DNA of 63,955 nucleotides, counting the filler, from Reticulomyxa filosa (taxonomy: Eukaryota; Protista; Foraminifera): assembly GCA_000512085.1 (NCBI GenBank). It is 20 parts of 20 records of this genome, joined end to end, with 100 filler letters (N's around TTAATTAATTAA, not from the genome) between each part and the next. Parts side by side here need not be neighbours in the genome. Positions count along the whole stretch, not along the records: positions 22,921 to 29,191 come from ASPP01026176.1; positions 29,292 to 31,938 come from ASPP01013649.1; positions 32,039 to 37,510 come from ASPP01006113.1; 17 more parts are not named here. One strand, written 5' to 3'. Under the pieces are notes generated by a model. The model ran no database searches, was not told the origin of the DNA, and saw nothing but the letters and a program-made list of their open reading frames with translations. Position numbers and translations under genes: made by a program. Of the stretch, positions 24,113 through 34,221 are shown piece after piece (position 1 is the stretch's first letter; the number at the start of each line of letters is the position of its first letter).

Positions 24113-25918
24113 TTACAGTGTTTCTCTTTTATTTTTCCAGGCCAAAAGTTTGTTAATTTCTTTTTCTTGGACTGCTTGAACAAAATTGGACATATTTTGC
24201 TGCGCCTTTGCCACTCCTAGCTTGATACGGGCATTGTTGATCCTATCTTTATCATGCAATTTCGTACTCAGTTCAAAATTGACTTGATAATATTCCTTGA
24301 TAATGACAAAAAATATACACAAACAGTACATAGTCTTGATAGCCACAAACAAATCTCTTGACTTCTGAAAACAAAGACATCTAGAAATGATTGACACAAA
24401 ATGAAACATTAAAAAAAAAGATGCTTTTTGAATTTTGCTTGATACATTTGGGATTATTTCTGAAAATGTAAACAACAGCTCAACTGATGCTTTGTCAAAT
24501 TGTTGTATTTGGAAATAAACATCTCCTAATGCCAAAGATGCCCCACACTCTTCTTCGAGTCTCTTTTCTTCGTTGGCTGTTTTCATATACGCCTCAAAGT
24601 ATTTTATTGCCACAGCATAGTCGGATATATTGTCGTAGCATTTCCCTAGCGCAAAGTAGGCCGCACCTTCTCCTTGCTTGTCATTGAACACTAAACTTAT
24701 TTTCAAAGATCTGGGGGTCGAAAATTTTATTTTAAAAAAAAAAAAGAAACATTTTTAATTGTTGGTCCAGTCTCCATTTAAAAAAAAAAATGAAAAAACT
24801 TTTCGTGATGATCAATTGCTGGTTGATATTGTTTAATAATTTGATAAATATTTCCAATGCTTGCATGTGCGGTTCCTTCACTAATTAAATCCTTGACCAA
24901 TTGTGCAGAATTCACACACTCCTGCAAAATTTGGAGCGCTTTATCATATTGTCTGTTTTTTGTCAATTCTTCAGCTCTTAAGTGAAGCGTTCTTATCAAA
25001 TTTCGATGGACACTCTTAAGTTGGGATTTATTATTCAATTGTTGTGCAATTTGTATGTGTCTCTGATAACATTGTATTGCCTTATCAACCTCTTTCATTG
25101 ATTCATACATCAATCCCAAATCCAAGCATGTCACCACTTGCAACTCTTTTAATAGTTGAACAAAAGAGCTTTTTTTTTGGTCCGTGTTTGTATCACTCGT
25201 TTGTACCGTCGTACCTTGTTGGCGCAGTAATAACTCTTCCATTGAAAATTCGCTTTCAGCTTTATTAAGTTCTTTTTGACATTGTTCATAAAAATAAATA
25301 GCAGTTTGCCCTTCATTGGATTGCCGAAAAAAATCACCGATATTTTTGTACGCATTATGGGCTTTTTCAATGTCTCCTATTACATTGTATTTTGAAATAA
25401 AGGCTCAATTTTGTTTTTTTAAAATTCTTGCCAGTATTTGAAAAACTTTAAAGGTAACAAAAATGTGAAAAACTTTGCTGACTTAATACGTGATGATTTG
25501 ATATTTAACTTTTTCCTATAGCAATTTCGGCCATGACTAAATTTTGTTTTATAAAAATCATTTCATCGACACTGAATTTTGTTTCATGCAATTCTCTGTT
25601 TTCGTTATATCGATGAGTAAGATAAAAAAACTCCGTAAAGGAGTCAACACATCCTTCGCACAAAATATCAATACACAATGATTGCCGATCAGTTTGCGAC
25701 AATTGTTCTATCTCAACTTCGTCTTTGTTTGTTGTGCCACTCTCTCTGCTCGATTCTTCTCCAGTGTCGCTGTTAACGTCTGTTTTTTGGTTTGTTTGCC
25801 TGTTTCTCACACTTGAGGCTCTAGACAATTGCCGATAAGTTAGCTGAGGAATGCTATCTCCATATCCTGTTTGTAAATCACTTTTTATTGGATTATTTTT
25901 CAAAGCTTTTGTTTTCAT
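24113..25918 (-). CDS. TTC29: Tetratricopeptide repeat protein 29 (flagellar), multi-exon
   Basis: N-terminal LCIDILCEGCVDSFTEFFYL and C-terminal ARIKLGVAKAQQNM...LLAWKNKR match TTC29 (LC.DML..G...SF.E.F.L; AR...G.AKA........LL.WK..R), with TPRs in between. Confidence 0.82.
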
Positions 25919-26199
25919 TTTTTGTGGTAATAAATTTCTTGAATACTTGCCTGAAAAAATAATGATGTCAAAGCAAATCAAAGTCGTTTTTCATTCAGTG
26001 TAAAATAAGAAACACGAAGAATGGCAATATTTTCACACATTTTATAGATGTTTTATTCTGGCTGCATAATAATTTTTAAAAAGTCCTGTAGTTTCTAATT
26101 TTATTTAATTTTGCCAAATTTTTTCAAAAAATTGGATCTTTCCACTTTAATAAATATCTTACTCAATTTTCAAATGGCTACAACAATTAGGTAGTAGAA

Positions 26200-26520
26200 T
26201 ATGCAAAGTATGTTCAAATGCAATCAATGTATTTTCTTGTATTATATATTTGTGCACTGACTTTGAAAAAAACTTTTATCACTAATCCATTTAATAGAAT
26301 TAATCTTATGTTAATCAAAGAATAAGATAGTATTATCGATAACATATATGCATGTCTTCAATGACACAATATCCTTACAAACAGGTAGTTTATAAAATTT
26401 AAAAGTATTGTTATCTTCGCCATATTCAATTGATAATTCTATATTTTTATGAAATAACGCCATTTCAAAATTTGTATTTTTTTCTTCATTTATCTTCATC
26501 ATTTCTCATCCTTGCCCATT
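26200..26520 (-). pseudogene. Degenerate copy of the kelch-like family seen at 18276-18897
   Basis: EMALFHKNIELSIEYGEDNNTFKFYKLPVCKDIVSL...NTILFFD* aligns by eye with QMLLFCGNTGLSIKYDEDNSIFQFNKLPVCKDIASF...DIILFFGG; stops follow. Confidence 0.8.
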
Positions 26521-26693
26521 TTCTGACTTTGATACAAAGCAATGATAGTAAAGAGTATGGAGCTGTTTTAATCAGTATATTTGGGCACACTGTGGGAAAC
26601 GGGAGAGAAGGAGGGGACGAAGAAAAAGAAAAAGGAGATAAAGAAGACGGGAAAAAACCCTAGTGGAGGGAAAGTAAATAATAGAATTTTGAA

Positions 26694-29130
26694 ATGTCAG
26701 AATCAGAGACATTGAAAAAGCGTGGTAAGAGTGCAATTATGGAGACAGTGGAAAAGGAGAAGCAAATGTCGGCTTCGGATGCCTTGTCGAACGACAGCAT
26801 CAAGCAAGGAGCACAAGTACAAGCGGAAGCAGAAGCGACAAGCGAAGCAACGCCAGAAGTGCCAGAGAAGGTATGCGGTGCAAACCGACAAAGGATATCA
26901 ACAGAGTTATCAAAGAAGATGAATAACCGCAAATCGATTCAAGCGTTGATCCGAGCAGGTATATTGAAGGACCCAGGAACAGAGCAAAGACGAATGCCAA
27001 CAAGCAGTAGCAGTGGCGGTAGTGGTGGTGGTGGTGGTGGTGGTAGCAGTGGTGGAGGCGGAAGTGGTGATGGCAATGTAATAGGAAGTGACAGTAAGAA
27101 TTGGAAAGAAGCAAAGGGTAGCAAAAGTGGTATCGAAACGTCAGGATCATTAGCATCAGCAGCATCATCATCATCATTATCATCATCATCATCACAGCAG
27201 CAGCAGCAGCAGTATCATCGTCATCATCACCCAATCAACAAGACAAAGAGAACGATTTGGGGTTCAATCGTAAGGAAATGTTCCGAAGACTGACAAAGCA
27301 TGACCTGACCGAGTTTCTGGCGCACCGTCCGAGTATCGACGAGTTGGTGAACGCGAACATGGTGCAGGACGTGATGACATGGACACAGCTGCAGATGAAG
27401 GGTGTGACCCCGCGTCCTCGCAACTGTCATTGCACCTGTCTGGTGGACAAGAGCGTGTACTTGGTCGGGGGTTACGGCACCGGCAACACATCGATCGACC
27501 TGTTGGTGACCGATATTGCGGTGCAGCATTGGTACCGTCCGTTGGTCGGTGGGGTGGTCCCGTCGGAGCGGTACGCGCATACGTGTGTGTCAGTGGGTAC
27601 GTATCTGTTTGTGTTTGGTGGCTTTTGCGTGGTGTCGGGCAAGTGGTTGAATGACCTGCACGTGCTCGACACGGAGTATAAGCAGGAGTTGGTACCTTCG
27701 CTGTCCGCGTATGGCGCCACGTCGATCCAGCAGTCGCCCATGTTAGTATGGTACCAACCCCAGTTCACTGGCGAGCCCCCTGTCTGTCGTGCCTCTCATG
27801 CCGCCGCTGTCATCAATCACAAGATGTTCATCTTTGGTGGAAACAACAACCAAAAGCTATTCAATGATTTGCATGTCCTCGACACCCGTGATATGAAGTG
27901 GACTCAACCTGTTACTCAAGGCACCCCGCCCTGTCCGCGAGCTGGACATACCATGGCTGCTGTCGGACATTGTCTGTTTGTCTTTGGCGGGTCCAACGGA
28001 CAAAAACCTTTAAACGACTTGTTCGTCTTTGATACCACTACCAACACCTGGAAACGACCCAAGGCCAATGGCACTCCTCCCTCTCCTCGTGGTGGACACT
28101 CCATGTGTGTCATTCGCAAAACTCAACTACTCGTGTTCGCCGGCGGATTCCTTCCCAAAATGCTCAATGACTTGCACATGTTCGATACTCTTACGTATAC
28201 GTGGTCCCGTCCCAAAGACACGGGCGCCGTCCCCTCCGCCAGGGCCGGCCACTCGTGCGTCGTCACCACTAAAGACTTTGTACACGTCATCGGCGGGGGG
28301 GACGTCGATAAGGAACTTTTCAACGATCACTATCTGTTGGACACGGGTTATTTCTTAAAAAAGAAAGAAGATGCCGCACGTTCTAAAGGTTAGGTGTTTC
28401 TATATTAATAATTAGTAATTAATTAATTAATTAATTAATAAACAATAAATAATACAGTAGCAACAACGACAGCAGCAGTGACAGTACCTGATGTTACAAT
28501 CACTACGAAGAAATTACATGATGTGGTAACTGCGTTGGACTCGGCAAATTTAAAACAACTGTCCACAGATGCTCTTCCCACTTCGATCTCTTTGTCTGGC
28601 ATTGATGCGGCTGTGGCCAAGAGTAGGGATGGCCATATCATCGACCCCGACCTCGCTTTCATCCGCGAATTGCAAGGCTTTTCGCACAAGGTGGAGACGT
28701 ATGTCAATGACGCCAAAAAAGATATGGAAAAGAAGGTTTGCGAGTTTCGTCAGAAGGAAGAAGCGTATTTGAATGTTTTAAGGATCATTGATGCCGACAG
28801 AGAAAAGTTGGTCGACGATGTAATGAGGCAATGCAATGACATTCATAAAGAAACCCAAGTCTGGCTCCATGATTTGAATGCCAAGTTTCAAACGCGATCG
28901 TTGCAAAAACAACTTTGGTCAATCAAACAGAATCATACACAGATCTTAACTAATACTAGTAGTGCGACGTTGGACCCTCACACTGTTACTGTACCCAGTG
29001 TTCCCGCGCTCCCCAAACCCACCACTTCCAAGTCCGCTAAGAAAAAGAAAAAGAAAAAAAAGAATGGTGCCAAAAGTGACACTAAGGGACCATCGATTCA
29101 ATCTGACACGCAATTGTTGTCTAGCAAAGT
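26694..29130 (+). CDS. RPEL-motif + six-bladed kelch propeller + coiled-coil protein (frameshift near 27257, intron ~28390-28457), 3' partial
   Basis: RPEL-like ELSKKMNNRKSIQALIRAGIL and DLTEFLAHRPSIDELVNANMV; six RABEPK/HCF-type kelch repeats (P.PR.GH.......FVFGG......NDL..FD.....W); helical C-terminal region. Confidence 0.85.
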
Positions 29131-29478
29131 TTTTTTCCGCGTTGTTGTTTTTTTTTTTTTTTTTTGGTTTTTTTTTTTTTAAAAAAAAAAANNNNNNNNN
29201 NNNNNNNNNNNNNNNNNNNNNNNNNNNNNNNNNNNTTAATTAATTAANNNNNNNNNNNNNNNNNNNNNNNNNNNNNNNNNNNNNNNNNNNNGAGGAAAAT
29301 GCGTATTGAAATACAAACCAATTTTGGTTGCACTGCCTATGTGTACGTCATTAAATGTTATATGTGTGTATACTGTGAACTGCATGTCATATACACATAT
29401 TATGTACGCATGTAATATATTTGTGATAATTTCACCGTATATACATTCTGTATATACATATTTACATAATATATGTAC

Positions 29479-29511
<33 letters not shown>

Positions 29512-29518
29512 TTGTAGT

Positions 29519-30342
29519 ACTAGTTTTATATCCCTAATACTGGTCCTTTGATGTTGTCCATATGAACATAACCTTAGCTGCGGAAAACAGTCCTCTTATG
29601 GTTGGTTCGCGCGCAAACGTGTTGGGTACGGAGCCAGCCATGGAGGATAAGGGATTAAGCCTAATGGACGTGGTTCAAAATGACGCCGGGATGTCGCTTT
29701 TGCAGCATATTTGGTGCGAGAGTATGCACATGAAAGCATACGTTTATCATGGAAGTATTTCAATTCCGAAAACAGTTTAAACACCTCTCCACAGTTCGTG
29801 AGAACAATGGACCAGAGTTTCAAATCAGCGACAATGTTCCCAAATGTCGCACGCTTAAGGAGAATCCAGATGATTATTATAAACAAGCAGAAGCGATTCG
29901 CGACCGATTCATTCCGTATTCCAGTAATTTGTGCATTAATATCAGTCATCAAATGCGCAAAGATCTTGAAGCAATGGACTTTCGCAAACTGACTTTAGAA
30001 CAATTGGCAATTATATTTGATGACGCGTACCGAAAAATTTTTTCACTTTTGAGGGATCCGTTTTTTAGATTTCGCGAGACGTATGAATACGAGGCTCTAG
30101 TTAGAGAGACGAAAACGTCCGTTTCGCATCAATCCGGCAATAATCTAACGGTGCCTGTTCAATCACAAGAGCTTCTGGTTGTCACAGACAACCAAACTGT
30201 CAAACATTTGCATAAATTGTCTCAAGATATCAATGTTAACTTGTTTGGTCACAAAGAATATTTGAATGACGATAAAATTCATCGCTTTTTGAAAGGTGTT
30301 GGGGATTGTTTCGCAAATTGCTGCACTTGTAAAAAATCCTAG
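29519..30342 (+). CDS. RGS-domain protein, last exon (two or more 1-base frameshifts)
   Basis: Reconstructed LMDVVQNDAGMSLFAAYLVREYAHESI.FIMEVFQFR...AEAIRDRFIPYSSNLCINISHQMRKDL...IFDDAYRKIFSLLRDPFFRF is a typical RGS fold; Cys-rich tail FANCCTCKKS. Confidence 0.85.
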
Positions 30343-30842
30343 TCTCGAAAATATTCCGTTTTTCTTTTTTTTTAAATTCTAAACGTTAAGGTAAAAAAAA
30401 TTACCATGTGTAATGCACGTTGTTGTCTTGCTTTTATATCTTTGGCATTTTTGTGGGGAAAAAAAACATTGACGAGTTATGTGATTGTTGATATTGATTG
30501 TCTCTTGGGTAAATTGTGTGGCCTTATTGTGGGAGCATTTTGATGCAATGTTTTCAGTTATCTCGGAATTTTGTTGTTTGCGCTTAAAGTACATTTGATT
30601 GATAATATTATTTCCAGCTAAGCGATATCTATTCCAAAAAAAATGTTTTTTTAGCATCGAAAGCAAAATTTCTTACAGCTGCAAATGATTAAAAATCAAT
30701 ACTCACTCGCAAAAGTAAAATGGTCCTGAGTTGGGCCGACAACCGAAAACTGAACACAAATACTAAAAACATTGATGATACTTCAAAATGAAAAAGAGTT
30801 AGACAAAATCAACACCAAATTGGGCAAGCTTTTCAGCTTTCC

Positions 30843-31798
30843 TTAATCAGTTTTTTCTTCACCAGTTTTTTCGGAAGAAACATTGTGTGTAGAAACTTCG
30901 TCTTCCTTCTTTGCTTCAATAGTTGATGGCTTATTCGAGGCATCATTCATCAGCACCGCGAGCTCTGCTTCTAGCTCGTCCTCCTAGCAAAAAAAAAGAC
31001 ACTTTATGTATACCCATTAAGAGAACAGCGACAACACTTGTTGACACTCTTTAGTGTATATACGTATATATAAGTACTTATTCTTAAAATTCTGGTACAA
31101 TTTCATTCCATTTTGTCGTTGTTTAAAAAAAGTAAACAATGAAAAATTTAAGTAACTTCACTAATCTCAACCAGAGGTTGATCTGAAGTAACATTAATTT
31201 CCTGCACTTGGTCCATTACGTAAGTCATTTCGTTTACCAAATCTCTTTGCTTTTCTGTGCTAGTTCCACTAATTGCAGCAATTCCTATCTATAAAAAGGG
31301 AAGAAAAGACATTTTTTACCATTTTCATCACTACTGTTTGACCATTTATCGCAAAAAATATTGTGCACAGAAGAGCAAAAAAAAATACACTCAATCACAA
31401 ACCAATTCTTAGAAGTTAGTACCTTATTTTCTGTGTTCTTATTTTCCAAAGATGTCAGTTGTCCTTCCAAAATCATTTTTTTCAATTGACTGGCGTCCAG
31501 ATCGCTTTTAAATCTTTTCTTCTTTCTCAATTCGGCTAGTGCACCTTAAATTATTTGACATTTGAAAAGTTTTTTTTTCACCTTAATTAAACAATGAAAA
31601 ACAACCAATACAAAACTCAACCTTTTTTGCGTTATTTTTTGCTTTCTGTCTTGCACGTTCAACACAATCCGATATCTTTTTTCCTAGGCTCTCTTCTCTT
31701 TTCTCAGTCACTTGGATTTCTTGTTTCAATTTATTTATTGCATGCTCAACGTCAGAAGTTTGCTTCTCTTTCGTTTTACCCGAAAATAAACTGGACAT
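30843..31798 (-). CDS. Snf7/ESCRT-III family protein (Vps32-like), divergent, multi-exon
   Basis: MSSLFSGK...AINKLKQEIQVTEKREESLGKKI...AKK|GALAELRKKKRF...MILEGQLTSLEN...DQVQEI...EDELEAELAVL; the middle exon appears disrupted, so a pseudogene is possible. Confidence 0.8.
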
Positions 31799-31905
31799 TC
31801 TTAAGTATTCGTGGAATTTAGACAAAGCTCTTAAAAAAGAGGAAAGGGACTTTTGATAACTATAACTCACAACAAAATATTTTTTATTTGACATGACGCT
31901 CATGA

Positions 31906-31938
31906 TACAGTAGAATGCAAAGTAAAGTTGAAACTTAA
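31906..31938 (+). mobile_element. Tc1-type terminus running off the contig end
   Basis: TACAGTAGAATGCAAAGTAAAGTTGA, identical over 26 nt to the reverse complement of 52435-52460. Confidence 0.7.
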
Positions 31939-32038
31939 NNNNNNNNNNNNNNNNNNNNNNNNNNNNNNNNNNNNNNNNNNNNTTAATTAATTAANNNNNN
32001 NNNNNNNNNNNNNNNNNNNNNNNNNNNNNNNNNNNNNN

Positions 32039-33680
32039 AAAAAAAAAAAAAGATCAACGCTAAAGCATGCCCTTTTATCTATTTTTCCTCCCGTTAAGTG
32101 GGCAAATGAAACAAACCACCAATGGCACTGAAACCAGAGTAGGAACTCTGAACGATCGTTGCAATAGCAAACGAAGAAACAATAATCCAAATACACGCAT
32201 GCCATTTGCACCCTTTCACACCGCAACACTGTTTCAACTTTCGCACAATAATGTAATCTTTATCATTTTTACAGGGATTTTCAAACAGTGAAAGTAACCG
32301 AAATAATAACTGGTCAAGACAAGAAAAGGATGAAAGTTCGGAACTAGCATCATTTTCTAATTTCTATAAAAATATAAAAAGTATATATATACATATATGT
32401 ATATGTATAGATAGCATTGTATGATATATGATTGCTATTTGCTATTGTGGTAGCAGACATAATGGAAAAACTTACCGGATGTTGCAACAATTGTCGGAGG
32501 GATTGACAAAGCAATATTGCAAAAACAGCAATATAATACGCAAGTCCTACAGCACAACAATAAAGGATTACTCCTGTTATTGTGCACCAAGGTGCTCCTG
32601 AATAAGGACTGCCAACTTTTCCAATCGATTCGCATTGAGATGAGACGAGATTAATAAGTCAAAGATAAAAATATATATACACATATATAATATAGCGCAC
32701 GCATATACACAAAATTGCTTTATTTTAATGCTTCGTCCTTCCCTCCCCCCCCCCCCCTCTTTTAGTTTCTTTTGATGTTATTTGCTTTCCTCTTATAAAA
32801 ATAAAAGTAATACACATGCAATAATTTTTTCATTGGAATAAGCAGAATCGGCCTGTGTATCCATGCACAAGAAATTTGAGCTTCCACTGATGTCAATAAT
32901 CCCCCAAAGGAGAATAATAACAGACCACAACACGGTGATAATGGCTGTTGACTGGTACACCATTCCGCGCTGACAAAAGGCTTCTTGTTGTTTGTGATGC
33001 TCAATGCATTGATTCAATGACAGAACAATCAACAACAATATCGACACACTTACCCCACATAACTTAAATTGATGTATAAGTGCTGATTTGGACACTGAAT
33101 AGCCAGAAAATAATGCACTATGTTTACAACTTATTGCACAGGAACCAACTTTTTTTTTTTGTACGTATCACCCAACCTTAACACATTTTTATAGTTTTTT
33201 TTTTTTTTTTTTTTTGATGACTAAACATTCTGTGGGTATGTTTCTCGTGGTGTAAATGAATGGATATTCGCATTGGTCACTAGCAGTCGAGTTCGCTAAA
33301 TCTTTAGTTACATTGTACGCAGTGCAGTTGACATCCAGCTCTGAATACGTGAGATTGTACGTCTTGTTTAATACATTTTCATCAATGAGACAATATAAGT
33401 GTTGGCAATACAGAATTGGTGTTGGTATCTCCTTCAGTTTTTCCACTGGAAACGACGAGTAAAATGACTTATCCACGGCACATAAAATACCTGGAATTTG
33501 CTTTTCAATCAATGTCACAATTTCGGTCATGTTCCAATCATAGACGTTAGCAGGAAAGTTGTAGTCTGGAAGTAGTAATTCCAGTGCGGAAAAGATTTCT
33601 GGATTCAAGGTTGCATAAGGCTCTGTTTGCTCCTGGCATAGAGACAGGTGCATTGTCAAGAATATGACCAACCACTTCAT
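32039..33680 (-). CDS. Frizzled/Smoothened-like (FSL-type) 7TM receptor, 5' part, multi-exon
   Basis: Signal peptide MKWLVIFLTMHLSLC, N-glycosylated Cys-containing ectodomain (CEYPF...CAISC), TM1 and TM2, WCTITGVILYCCAVGLAYYIAVFAILL (TM3 with leading Cys), HACIWIIVSSFAIATIV (TM4 H...W motif). The family assignment is tentative; the membrane-receptor topology is better supported. Confidence 0.6.
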
Positions 33681-34221
33681 ATTCACTTGCCAAAATTAAA
33701 ATTGACAGAGAAAAAGGGAAAAACTACTTAGCTCGAAGGTTAGAATGGTACCTTTATTTGGGGAAAAGTGAGTTAGTTGATAGTATAGTAACAAGGACAT
33801 GCATAGCCTCTATTATTGGATAAAATTTCAGTTTTCAAATTATAATAACATTGATGAACGAAGGGTTATGTTGCAATTTGTCAATGCAAAGTACAGGCAA
33901 CAATAAATCAAAAAATAAAGGAGAGAAGTCTCCCTAAGGGCAGAAAAAAAGAACAAAAAAAGGATAAAATGGCAAAACACAACATGCTACAAAAAAAAAA
34001 TTAAATTTTCTTTGTTTGTTTTTGCCCTCACATTGTTATTTCAAGGAAAGCCACGTTTGCACCGTTTTTCTCAAGCAATAACAATAACTGGAAGGCAATA
34101 AAAAAAAATGAAATAAAACAAAAATAAAAAAGAATGAACAGCAAAACTGTAATCAACAAACAACCCAAAGAAAAACACCGAAATAAACAATATTGTAATA
34201 AAAGACAACGAGAACAATCTC

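Noticed and set aside
28410-28440. TAATTAATTAATTAATT resembling the linker
   Set aside because: No flanking Ns; it is a native (TAAT)n microsatellite within a GT..AG intron.
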